The translations under genes were made by a program, and so were the position numbers. DNA of 63,620 nt, the filler included, from Rhabdomonas costata (taxonomy: Eukaryota): assembly GCA_019059605.1 (NCBI GenBank). It is 32 parts of 32 records of this genome, joined end to end, with 100 filler letters (N's around TTAATTAATTAA, not from the genome) between each part and the next. Parts side by side here need not be neighbours in the genome. Positions count along the whole stretch, not along the records: positions 37,875 to 39,763 come from JAHMHO010007730.1; positions 39,864 to 41,751 come from JAHMHO010007731.1; positions 41,852 to 43,739 come from JAHMHO010007732.1; positions 43,840 to 45,728 come from JAHMHO010007733.1; positions 45,829 to 47,715 come from JAHMHO010007734.1; positions 47,816 to 49,703 come from JAHMHO010007735.1; positions 49,804 to 51,691 come from JAHMHO010007736.1; 25 more parts are not named here. One strand, written 5' to 3'. The first letter of the stretch is position 1; every line of letters starts with the position of its first letter. Of this stretch, positions 38,429-50,655 are shown in pieces. A model generated the notes under the pieces. It made no database searches, was not told where the DNA came from, and was given only the letters and a program-made list of their open reading frames with translations.

Positions 38429-41400
38429 TCATAGATTTGGGTGAATCTCTGCTGAACCGCACTGGAAAACAGCACAAATAAACACGGCACCACGGCACCG
38501 GAGCGAATCCAAATCAATGCAACTGCTACTCTGAACTCAGGACCTTCTGCAAACGCCCATCCAGAATCAGCACCACACACATGTGGGAATTTAATTGCCA
38601 ATACTGAAGCACGCACTGTTGTGTTGCAGGTCTACTGCCTTGGGCAAGTGGGGCCACTTTTCTGGGGACGGGGGGCGCTTGCAAGCACCAACATCTAACC
38701 CCTGAGAGAATCGGTTGCTGCCTGGAAGAAGCGCGGATCATCTAGGATCCCATGCAAGCCTTCCACTGGGACACTCAGCCCGGAGTCCGCCACCCGTTCA
38801 ACTGGCACTCCCCTCCCCAACTGTGCCTCCTACCTAAATTTACCCGGTTGAAAGAAAACCACCTGAGTCATTAGACTCAACCTGTCCCCGCATCCACTCT
38901 TGATGCAATTCTTCCTGAAGAACAATACGAATGCTTAAGTCAGCAGCAGAAAACGGAGGGAAACCAGCGCCAAAAAACCAAACGGGAAGCATAAAGCCGA
39001 ACGAAGAGTCCAGTTCTTCGCACCCCAGTCTCCCAGGAAGGGCACGCGCCGCAAGCAGTCCGCCACAGCTGCAGAACCCTCCCCGCTCAAAGGGGCCCCA
39101 CAGCAAAAGAAAAGAAGCTACACAGCCTGCAAGGCAAATTCCTGGCGTGCAGGCGTACCCGTCTCTCCCCGAGGAAGCACACACATACACACGCAGACGG
39201 CTGTCTTCTTGATCGACGAGGAGAAGCTTCAAGAACAACACAGCGCAGCACCCACCGTAAGCCAAGGAAAGACCACCCTTTCTCGAACAGACCTCTCCTC
39301 CTTCAGTCCCCCTCGGTGCAGTCGAAGTTGAGCGGGACAGTGGAAATTATGATTTGGACAGGATGCCGCGATTAAAGCAGACTTTCCTGCTCAACATTTG
39401 CTAACCTTGAGTATATTTTTGGTGGTGAAAAAATTGGTGAAAAACCGTGGCAAATGGGTCGACGTGCTTTACTCGTGCAACGCCCTCTTCCAACCTATGA
39501 AGTCTGGATGTTATTCATATAGGATACCACATAGAGGATACCCCCCCTCCCAAAGTCCCCTTGGAGAATCCCGAAAATCGAAAAGAATCCAGGAGCATCC
39601 GATCATACCACTGGTAAACATTATAACCTATAATCATCACTGCGTGTGGCAGAATGATATCTGAGTGATCATGATTGATCGCCCAGGTTGATTAGCGTTC
39701 CCTCATAAACCACTGCTTAATAAAAATATGAGTTTCAAGTATCAGGATCAGGACCACAAAAAANNNNNNNNNNNNNNNNNNNNNNNNNNNNNNNNNNNNN
39801 NNNNNNNTTAATTAATTAANNNNNNNNNNNNNNNNNNNNNNNNNNNNNNNNNNNNNNNNNNNNTAACGAACTAAAACTCGACGAAAAATAACGTCTCTGA
39901 GTTGTTTTCTGAATAGACCACTTTGTTGGGTTATCTTCCGAGGAATCCTGCTTTCATTCAAACCTTTTTGTTAAGGTTGTGTTTAGGTTTGTTCATGTCG
40001 CGTCGCTCCTGTCTTTGGAACCTTGTGACGCAAAGTTTTGTTTGAATAATATGTGTTAATTTCTTTTGCTTTTCTTGGCTTCACTCTTGCTGGCTCTTGT
40101 CTGTGACTGCGTATAATAATACAATAGTTTTTAGTCTTAATCAAAAACTGCCCACGACAGAACAAGGCATGCCCGTTCAAACGGGGTGCCGATATTAGCA
40201 CCGGGATGGTGTACCCCGCAAGCGTCACGAAATAAACAGCAGACCACACAAGCGAACACAGGATAGCGTGGTGTCCGAGATCAACGCGACCAAACAAAAT
40301 CAACCACACCCCATGAAAGGAGCCTAGGCGCGGTCCCTGTAAAACGGGAGAATAGCTCGAGCTCGAGCCGCCGAGCAATGGAATCGAGTGGACGCAGAGG
40401 ATGGTCAACAAGAGACATGGCAAACACAAACGAAAAACTTATGAATGATAATGAGTCTTTTTTCCTCCCGTATTATGCGTGCCCTTTGCAAATAATGGCG
40501 TGCGGACCACATTTTAGGCTCGGATCTTTTCTATTTAGAGTGTGCCTCCCAAAACGCTGCGTGGATTCTTGCACCCTCAGGCCTGTACCCGTGCCCCTTG
40601 GCGGCTCCTCCTCTTTTTATCTTGTGCAGGTTCTTTCCCCAGCGCTGCAAAGGGTTTTTCGACGGCATCCATAACGTATTGCAAGGTGCGAGATACTTAG
40701 ACGGAATTTCATCCACCTGTCTCAATGAGTTAATTCTGTTCGTACCTTGAGGGATCAGCCAAATTTGAAAATACAAGCATAAAGTACTCACTTTCAGGAA
40801 CCTAGAACAAATTTAAACCGCAATTATACACTGTCTTTGCCTTTTGCAATACATATTCTTACATTGTATTACAAAGAGCGACCCGGAGAGAGACGCCCTT
40901 TTGAAAGAAAAATGCAATGCTTGCGGCTGCTGAGGGACCCACTGCCGCTGGTCGTTTCACCCCTGGCTGGTCTGCTCTGATTTTTGTCTCCATAGTGGGG
41001 GTCCGCTTAGAGAGAACAAACTTACAGCGAATGAGAAGGAAGAAGGAAAGAAGGGGAGCCCCCAAGCTGGAGAACCCGAAGCCCTCCGAGTGTCCAGAAG
41101 GAAAAAAACAAAGCACAATGGGCTGTCGCGAGGCGGCAGCATGAACAGCAACCAGAAGGGGAAGCATTACGAACCTACCCACGGACGGGCTTCAGCACAA
41201 GGTAGCTGGTAGGTGTTCAGCGTTCCGCTGGCACGCACCTCCATTGTAGAATTGTACATAGTGCCCCTCACTTCGGTTTTTCTCCCTGCGCAAATCTCTC
41301 CTTGTAAAGGAAACACCCCCGTTTCTCCCGCTCCCAGGGTTTCGTGGCGTTGTTTCGTGCTTTATGTGTCGTGGACCAAGCTCTGGAACAGGTATTCTTG

Positions 41401-42237
41401 GTGTTTCATGACTTTCCTGCCGTGCCCCGTTTTTGTTGCCCGTTTACTCTCCCCAGGCAGGGGCGTCAGTATAGCCCACTGCTGTGAAGCGTCAGCACCC
41501 GTACATTACTACATTATTATAAAAACCTATATTACATCAGAGTTTACGTCACTGCTGCAACAGAGGTACGCACGGTTCCAAAGACAGGAGCGACGCTACA
41601 GCACGAACAAACCGTAACAAAAATTTTGACTGAAAGCAGGATATCTCGGAAGTTAACCCCAAAGACAAAGTAGTCTAATGGGAAAGCAACTCATCCCAGG
41701 GAGACGAGCAATAAGCAAAACAAAGCCAGGACGGGAGACACGACACAGGGTNNNNNNNNNNNNNNNNNNNNNNNNNNNNNNNNNNNNNNNNNNNNTTAAT
41801 TAATTAANNNNNNNNNNNNNNNNNNNNNNNNNNNNNNNNNNNNNNNNNNNNGGGGTTGGGGTCAAGACTGGCCGGTTGGGGCCGATACCTTTTGGGATGG
41901 CAGTGCTCCTGAGTAGAGTTTAATGGCAGCTTCTCAGTCTCTGGCTGCATCTTGACGTCCAGTTATGGCATCGTGAAAGGTCCGTTTCTGGGACATTTAA
42001 AAGGCCTGTATCGATGCAGAAGTACTTCGTGCTGGCGCCGGAGTGGAATGGTTGTGTTCACAGCTGTCCTAGAAATCATTTTCGGAACGTTTGCGCGTGA
42101 CAAAAAGTTAAATTCTTGATTCGTGTTTGTTAGCCCGTGTCCCAAGTGTACCAACAACTGAGGCGAATCGCCCCCCACCCCGTGTGTTTGTGTACGCCTC
42201 TTAACATTTTCCAAATATGTTTGCGCGCGCTCTGCAG

Positions 42238-42384
42238 GATGCCTGCAAGGTGCTGGTCCTAAAGGTACTGACCCGTTATAACGTCTTCAACATCAACAAC
42301 GTTCTTGAGGAACATGAATTTGGTCCAGAGGAGGGCGTTTTCTCCGACGAGGCGGCACCCCCGGGCCCCGCACCTCGGCACTGA
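42238..42384 (+). CDS. Terminal exon of hypothetical protein
   Basis: CTGCAG acceptor, then DACKVLVLKVLTRYNVFNINNVLEEHEFGPEEGVFSDEAAPPGPAPRH*. Confidence 0.5.
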   Translation, partial: DACKVLVLKVLTRYNVFNINNVLEEHEFGPEEGVFSDEAAPPGPAPRH

Positions 42385-43556
42385 GGGCTGCCCCGTCTCC
42401 ACCGTGCTTTCTTGCCTTCTTTGTGCCTTCGATGTCCACCACACCTGTTGCTGCCACTTTGTTGGTGCTGCGTGTGTGTCTCAGTGTGTGCGTGTGACGG
42501 TATGTGTGCGAGGGTTTTGCGAGGTTTTTGCAGTGCTTCCAAGTTCCAACTTCACACCCTCGTATTTGGAGGAGTAGGCTGGGTGTGAGAGGGCTGCAGC
42601 GAGCTTTCCTTTTCCGATTTTTTGTTGTAGCGTTTGTCATTGCTGTGCAAGTGCGTGTGCCCCTCCGAAGACCCGAAGGGCATCGGTTGCGGGCGCGGTG
42701 CACCAGAGTGCTTACTATATCTGAGCCTGCGCCGCCGGCACCCCACCACTTGGGCGTCGTTGCCTTGTGCGCGTTGTGCGAGTTTCTTTGCGACCAGAAT
42801 TTTATTTCAGGGGAAGGAGCTTCCGCAGAATGCTCTGCCGCTTGTACCTTGTAGTGCCGCACATACGCCCGAACCAAGATCGTTAACAATGCGCTTATGA
42901 CTTAAAATGACTTATACCTGGCAGATCTTACCCAAGCGCAGCGCCTGATATCGGGTGTCCCAATTCTTGGATGCTCGCTTTCCGTAGTCGGGTCCGAGTT
43001 TGCAACAAACGGTTTTGGGGGGGCGGGGATCTTTGCCAATGGGTTTTTCCTTCTTGTGAACTTTTGAGATTGATATTGGCGGGTTGCCGCGTTTGTAATG
43101 CTTAAGAAAAATAATCGAACCAGATTTCTGGTGGGAGCTGAGAAGGGCGGAGGCTATGCATATGCCCACTATTTAGCAAGAATTTTAACAATTTAGCAAG
43201 ATCGATTTTTTCGAAATTCTTTTCAAACCAAAATTTTGACTTATGAATGGTTGGCGCGGAGTGTTCCCCAAATGCACCCATTGTGTTGGCCCCAAATTGG
43301 GCTCGCCTGCCCCCTTTTCGAGATGCAGCCAAAGACTGGGAAGCCAGTTAAAGGAAATTCATGAAAGCAGCTCAGGTTATGATACCGATGCACCCACACT
43401 CTGGCACCTACCGCTAGAATGTACCTTTGCTGTGGAAAAAGTCTTTCGAATTGCCGATTTTTTTCTGGAAGCGCACAATATCGTGCCGTGACTGTGTGTT
43501 TTTGCTTCGGGGCCGCACAGCCACCTCTTTTCATATATTGCTGATTACCTCCCAAG

Positions 43557-43671
43557 ATGTCCGGAAAGCAGAGGGTGCCGTCCCTCGAAGGGTTTCCAGA
43601 TGAGGGCGCCGTCGACGAAGTGCTGCAAGGCAAGCGGACGAAAAGCGAACCAGCCTCTCGCTACAGAGCAG
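43557..43671 (+). CDS. Probable first coding exon of hypothetical protein
   Basis: A pyrimidine-rich tract and AG lie directly before the ATG. MSGKQRVPSLEGFPDEGAVDEVLQGKRTK.., then a GTAAAG donor. Confidence 0.4.
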
Positions 43672-45828
43672 GTAAAGATGATATCCACCGCGCCCTGACG
43701 GTGCCCCTGCGATTCGCCGGGAACGCCACCCACCCCACCNNNNNNNNNNNNNNNNNNNNNNNNNNNNNNNNNNNNNNNNNNNNTTAATTAATTAANNNNN
43801 NNNNNNNNNNNNNNNNNNNNNNNNNNNNNNNNNNNNNNNGGTGGTTGGTCATACTTCGTACGCCACCTCCCAACCCGCTACCGCCGATTCTATCGCCAGC
43901 ATGGCTCTGGGCCTTCTTTTCGTTCTTTGTTGGTCTGTTCCGAGGCACTGTGCCGAGGCGTGCAAATGAAGATGGAAGGGGAGGGCATGTGTGTGTGTGG
44001 ACAAGCCACACAAGCTTTTCCGGTTATTGTATCGGTTTTGTGGACAAAACTGCAGCCATTCTTTGCCCCCCCCCTTCTCCATAAACTCGTGCTCGTGCAT
44101 GTCCATGGGTACTTGCATGTACAGACGTGTTTCCGCGCATTTGCAACTGCGTGATGTCTGTGATATTTACTTCAGTCCCTTCTCTCACCAAAATTGTCCC
44201 GAAATGCAGTTGTAAGCTGTTATTCGGCCGGGTGGCCTGCTCTATGTCGGATTGCACGGACAGAATATTTTGTGTTTCTCGGCGCCAAGTTCATTTTCCA
44301 TTTTCTTGTGCAAAAAGGAGTTGCCCAAGTCAAAACGAATTAAAGTGCCCATTTTCGCTTGCTTGGTTCCTGTGCACCTGTCCTGGTTCAATTTGATATT
44401 CACGACACTAAAAAAAAGTGAAAAGCACGATGCGGGGAGCATCGTGGCTCTCATGGGCAGTGGCCTGAGGATGAGCTAGGGTTTACCCTTCAGAACAAGA
44501 GATGCCCACCCTTCTCTCTCGCTCACTCGCTCGCGCGCGCTTGTTCTCGCTTTCTCCCTCTCACTTTTTGAAACAAAGAAACAACTTTGCACTCCAGGCG
44601 CGCAAACCGGCTCGCAGGAACAGACCCCCAAAATCAGTGTTTACATGTCTTGATGTTTTTGCCGCTGCTAGTCTTTTACATGCCACGCCCTATTGCTCAA
44701 CAGGTTAGTCGGTGGGTGGGCTTTGCTTGGAAAAGGCCCTCCCAAAAAAACAGATGTCAGGCAGTGTCCCTTTACCCTTCGGGTCGGGCTTGGCGGCGAA
44801 AACCCCGAAGATGACGCGAATGTACGCGAATTGGTTTTCCCAATCGTTTGTCTGTGTTTTGTTGCGGGCTTTTTTGATGATAGAAGACGGAAACCGAACG
44901 CCAACCGATGCCACCAGAGCACGCCTTCAAAGACCTTTGCTATCACCAGACCTTGGTTCATCCCCGCCGAACGAATGATATTTGGCCTCAACGCCCCCCG
45001 TTGGCTTGATCAGGTAATACCAAGGGCCAATTGGCCGGACTCAACGGTAACGTGATGCGGAAACCCACAATCCCATCATCTGGCTTCCGCTTACCCTTGA
45101 AGGCCGCCTTCCTCGGCAGAAAGTACGGTGGACCGGGCCTGAGCGACAATGGCGCCGCTTTTTCCGCGCGCGTACGGCGACACGCGCAAAAAAAACACAT
45201 TCCCTTAAGTGATTCTACGCGCAGCAATACCACCGTCTTAACCGCCACCGTCTTTTCTTTCCGTCATTTCATCGCACAAGTGCACTATCGCGAACAAAAA
45301 GACACAGCTGTCCCGAAATCAAAGAAGAACTCCACACGCCCACACCGCGGGCAAAGGAAAGGATGCTCTCCGGTCTTCTGTTATGTATCCCGCGTCCATG
45401 TGTACTGCGCTATAGTGTACCTAACAACAAGCTCTTTCACTTTTTTCTAACAATATACAATGTACAATTCCCTTCAGGCGCGGGTCAAGACTGTCATGTT
45501 CCAATCTGGCGGATGCTTCCATAGCACGACCAAGCAGTCTATCGTTCTCAGTAATCATCATTCGGTGGCGTCGCACATCACTCCTTGCGTTTTCCTGTCT
45601 ACTTGCTTGGTTAGGGACCTTGGTACTCCTCGGACCGAAGCCAACGCGCTAATAACGCCTTCTAGGCGGCTCTTGGGCGCGTATATAACACGACCAGGAG
45701 TGGTACCCTGCCCCGTCCCCCCCCCCCCNNNNNNNNNNNNNNNNNNNNNNNNNNNNNNNNNNNNNNNNNNNNTTAATTAATTAANNNNNNNNNNNNNNNN
45801 NNNNNNNNNNNNNNNNNNNNNNNNNNNN

Positions 45829-46562
45829 GTTTGTGTGGCGTACACGAAAACGTAGTCCACCCGCTCTTCGTCACAGGTCACCGCATCTGCTCTCTGCGGG
45901 CAGGGGGGGGGTGAGGTAGGCATTCAAAAAACAAGCAGCGAGAGTGAAGAAAATGAAGAAAGCTTTTGTCAGCCAATCAAAGCACTCTGAATGCCGAGGG
46001 AGGGAGGGAGGGAGGAAATGAAACTAAAGCAGCCTTGGGCTTTGTACACGCCTTACATGTCTGAATATCCAATTTCCAATTCATAAAACTGCAGCAATGC
46101 CTCTCTGCCGCATGTAGCGTCGCTACTGAGGCCAAAAGTCGCCTTCGGCAGTTCTCTGTCTGAACAGCGGGCCTCCATGACAACGCAGCTATGTTGGTTC
46201 TCGGAAACTTGGGCTTACTACGGCCTCTAACCCTCACTCCGAACCCGCGGCCAGCACGCGACGCTTTGAAGACCTATCCTCTGGTTCCTCTGGCTGGCTA
46301 CACTTTCGTTCACCACACGAAATCCCCGAAACAGCAGCGCCTTTTTCTCTAGAGTGAAAGAAGGATCCAACGATTCAAAACCATCCCTTGGAATTTCTTC
46401 CAGGAACGCACCTTCTCCAAGGGGTGGAGCAGCCGCGACAAGTCCGTGGGGTGGTCCTGCCGGATCATCTCCTCGTACTCCTCGCCGTCGTCGTCGCGCA
46501 GCCCGTTGACATTGAAGTCCCCGGCCAGCACCACGGCACAGGGATGGGGAAGCGCGAGCTGC
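45829..46562 (-). CDS. Endonuclease/exonuclease/phosphatase (EEP) family protein; exons include 46562-46412 and 45893-<45829
   Basis: AVVLAGDFNVNG..EEYEEM and ERVDYVFVY motifs occur in the correct order with AG/GT flanks. Confidence 0.8.
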
Positions 46563-46612
46563 CTGTGCAAAGAAAAAATGAACTGCAACTTACCTATCTT
46601 TTCTCTCCTCAG

Positions 46613-47602
46613 GCTAGCATTCTGGATTGGACCCACCTGATGGAGGTTTGCGAGATGGGTCGGTCTTACTGTCTGCGCCTTTGCATTTATCGGTTTCTTC
46701 GGTCCATTGCTGTACATGTCAGGAAAGGTACCCCTCTAGGGCCCAGCGGAGCTCCATTTGGACCTCACACGCTTGCGATTTTTGGGTGGATGAAATTCCG
46801 TCGGAGGTGGGGGAGCAATGAACATCTTCTCCTCACTTTTCTTTCTGTTCTCTTCAGACCATCCACCACTTCATGCAGATCGTGCAACGCGCCGAAAGCC
46901 TGCCTGGGTTTCACCGCCTCCCCATCCTGGCAAAGGTTTCCGAATCAATCAGAACCAGGGAGAGGAACGTGAAGAAAGGCAGGGACCATGGGAAAGTAAG
47001 GGCCATGGGTTGGATGCCATTCTGGAATGACGCAGACTTTACCCTTCTCTGCTATTGGGTTGTCCTGTGAGTGGAAGGAAAATGGGAGGTATAAGGTGCA
47101 AGAGCGTCAAGCCGCGGGGCCGTTATGTTCTTTTCTTTTCGTTCAGAGCCAGGGCCATCGTGACCACAGTGAAAGGCTGAAGGTTGTGGAACCGCTTTCC
47201 AAAAACGGTTGTTCATCTGGGTTTTCAGATCGTCTCTGGGCGCCATGTTGCTGACCTTGCAGACTTAGAGACCCGAATCTGCCAGGTTTTGTCCTCCTCT
47301 CCCATCTTCTTGCTCTGAGCTGAGCGTCACTGCGAATGGTGAACTTGTTCGAAGGAGAAACAAGAAGACAGGCTGATTGGGCTTGGTCTTTCCTTACTTT
47401 TCCTATTCTATTCTCGCGCCCATCCTTTCGTTTGTTTTGTCTTTGGGGGATCCTGTTGCCTTACACTTTGCATTGTGCTGATTGTGCGCAGGGTGTGGAC
47501 TTTCAGGCCAGCAAGCAAGAGCGTCATCTGGTTATCAAGCCTGGATTCAACGAAATGCTGGACAAGTACCGTGATGTTTACGCCAGCCTGGATAGCTTTC
47601 TG
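46613..47602 (+). CDS. MSH5: MutS homolog 5, internal exons 46613-46645, 46858-46935, 47229-47285, 47492-47602
   Basis: Four phase-0 GT-AG exons give ASILDWTHLMETIHHFMQIVQRAESLPGFHRLPILAKIVSGRHVADLADLETRICQGVDFQASKQERHLVIKPGFNEMLDKYRDVYASLDSFL, matching the MSH5 pattern 'DW..L..t..SLP..DL..i..vDF..S..V.pg...LD..r..Y..L.sFL'. Confidence 0.8.
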
Positions 47603-48715
47603 GTGGGCGGCTTTGCCCCACAACCCCATTGATTCCTCTTTTTGAACATGTCCGCGTGTGCGGTAAGTTTCTATGTCGTTGGGTAGATCGGCTTTTTAGT
47701 CTGGTTTAACATAATNNNNNNNNNNNNNNNNNNNNNNNNNNNNNNNNNNNNNNNNNNNNTTAATTAATTAANNNNNNNNNNNNNNNNNNNNNNNNNNNNN
47801 NNNNNNNNNNNNNNNTCTACGTGCACCCCTCCTCGGTGTTCTTTAACGGGGCCGCTCCACTTTGGCATGCCCACGCTCCTCTCACTTTTTCATATGTACT
47901 TGCTGCTTTCTAAGAAAATTATGGAATCCTTGTGGGTTGTCCAATTTTTTTAAAAGCGCGTTTTCAGCCGTATCACTCACACCTTCATCCACTTACATCC
48001 ACACCAACAAGGGCTAACATCTCCGAACGAACAGCAAATGTTCATTCTCCAATGGTCCACGAGACAGAGAAGCCGAGAAGCCGAGAAGCCGAGAGAGAGC
48101 GAGCGAAAGAATGGGGAATGGGGAATGTAGCAGAAGGAAGAGCAGAGGATGCAGAGGAGTGGGAGTGCTCGAAACAGCAACCCGAAACCCTGGTAGTGGG
48201 AGAAACGGGAAGGTGTTGGGGGACGAAAATGTAGTTTGTAGCATGAACAGGACAACGAAAAAAGAGAGAAGGGAGAATGGGATCTACACCCACACACAGA
48301 TGGAGCGAGAGGGTTTTTTGGCTCGTGCGTAAGATGTCTTACAAACAACACACACGGACACTAGCATGAGCGTGCACGGCAGCTCCTACGGAAAACATTC
48401 CTGCTTAAGACTTTTCGGGCCCATGCTCCACCAAAAATGGAGCGGTGTTCTTCCTGGTTGTGTCCTTCGGCTGTGAAAAACAATTACCGCTTGTCCCCAA
48501 GAAATACACATTCACACGTACCTACACATTGAACCTACGGACTTTTTGACAGCGATCTCTTCGTTTGGTTCATCTTCGCGTTCCCTCCCTGATGGGTGTG
48601 CCGGTTGGGCTCCAGCAGTTGAACGGGCGGGGTACTTGCAAACCACCTCGCCGTTTGGTTTATTTTTGCTTGGCATTGCATTGGTTCGCTATGCTTCTGT
48701 GGTTCGCCTCCTCAG

Positions 48716-48785
48716 GGTGGTGTACCACGAGTTGGTTCTCACCACGAAAGAGTACATGCGCGACATTTGTGCAATCAACCCCCGG
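48716..48785 (+). CDS. Spliceosomal DEAH-box helicase (PRP22/DHX8-like), C-terminal OB-fold exon
   Basis: VVYHELVLTTKEYMRDICAINPR with CTCAG/GT flanks. Confidence 0.85.
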
Positions 48786-49946
48786 GTCTGTGTGAGCTTG
48801 CGCGCGTCCTGGCGTCAGGGTGTCAGTCGTCGGAGTTTCTTCGCATCTGAAAGAGCGATGCGGTGGGCAACTTCTCTATGCTTGAAAACGGCATCCAGCT
48901 TTCAAAAGAATCCAATTTCGCGGTGCCTGGTTACAGCAGGGAAAAATCGGGCCTGCGCAATGTAACTTATGTATCGGATGTCAGTTGATTCCCCCACGTA
49001 ACGGAGATTTTTCGCAGGCCGTTTCCGCTCTTCGAGCCGTGCTCCATGGATGTTTCTTTTGCAGTGGCTTCCTGAAGTGGCTCCGGGGTGCTTTAAGCTG
49101 AGCTCCCAGTGAGTTTCCCACGGTGAGAATGCTTGGGCGAGTATCAGACGAAAACTTGTAGGCCCCCAGCACGCACGTTTGCCTTCTGACTGCTCTTTTG
49201 CACTGCATTGGCCACCCAGACGTGGCTTTGGTCGTTGGTGTGACTACAAAGAACCTTTGGACACCTCGGACTCCATCCCTTCTGTGGGCTGCGCTCGTGT
49301 ACTTTGGTACTTTCACCGCGGTCGCCTTAACTTTGCTTTTCAAATTGGTTTTTGTGGACAAAAGAGATGCCGAGATTGAGGGAGGGGAGGGCATCTGGAG
49401 AGACGTCCAGAGATAAGGAGCCCCCCATTAGTGTCCCAGTAGTCGCGAGAGCAGACTCAATCCCCAGCGGTCGGAAGCATGATGGGGAAACTACCTCGAC
49501 CACTTCGTTTCGTTTCGTGCGACGTCAATTTCCGTATTCAAGGTTACAGTTGTCGAGGGTTTGCTTTTCCCATTTCCAGGAATGTATCATCGTGATCGAA
49601 TGAAGTAGTGGTCAATACTTCAAACAGGTCATTTCGAATGGGTCACTGACACTGCGAAACGTGCCGGCGTCGCTCCGACACATTTTAGACTCCACCCCCA
49701 CCCNNNNNNNNNNNNNNNNNNNNNNNNNNNNNNNNNNNNNNNNNNNNTTAATTAATTAANNNNNNNNNNNNNNNNNNNNNNNNNNNNNNNNNNNNNNNNN
49801 NNNGGGGTGGGTGTTACCAGATCAGTATTGATGGACCGAAAGGGGTTATAGGATGACTTTTTTGAACTGACTCCAGCATGTTAGTCCTACTTCCTCTTCA
49901 CGCGCGCTTTGAGTTCGACTCCCGCAGGCCAGCTAACAAGGCATAC

Positions 49947-50655
49947 TCAGGCACCCCGAGAGGGTGAAGGTTCCGTGGTCCGTGCTGCAGCTCACACTCG
50001 GTGCGCCGAAGTAGCCCGAGGTGCATCTCAGACCCGTGCAGCTTGCCGCAGGAATGTAACCCCCACAGCCGCTGCCACCGTAGGAGTATCCCGCAGGAAG
50101 TGGACTCGGTAGGCCACAGATGGGGCTCGACGCTAAGCACGGGGTGAGAGGTGAGGGGGTGGAAGCGAAGCACGCCTGAACTGACATGCATGCGCGCTTG
50201 GATCGAAGCGCTGACACCCGTCAATGAGAGTTTGAAGAATGTGGGTGCTGCAAATGGGGCCACAGAGGAGTGAGAATCTGAAAGGCTGTGTGACGTTCTA
50301 GGTACTGCAATACCACAGGTGGAAGTCGGGGGGGGGGGGTGACGGAAATGCATGAATCGCTACCCAGCATCCCAAAAATAACCGCCATCACCACCACAGC
50401 AGACCTATTGTTCACCATAAATACCAACAGCACATGTAAAACAGCAAGCCCCACCCCATTAAACCCACGCACCGGAGCAGCCCGACAGCACAAAAGTCCC
50501 GTAGGTAGCGTTGCACCTCACGGTGGGGGTGCCGACATAGCCTGAGCCACATGACAGCCCACTACAGTATTGAGCAGCCACGTACCCCAAGCTACAGCCG
50601 TTGCCGGAATAGCGATAACCCAGCGGCAGCGGGCTGGGCAAGGTGCAGGTCGGTG
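49947..50655 (-). CDS. Cys/Gly-rich extracellular repeat protein; exons 50655-50473 and 50132-49947
   Basis: Each exon encodes C.LPSPLP.GY.Y.G.GC..GY..A..C.GL.C.SGY.G.P.V.C....GTF.LSGC. Both are phase 1-1 with AG/GT flanks. Confidence 0.8.
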
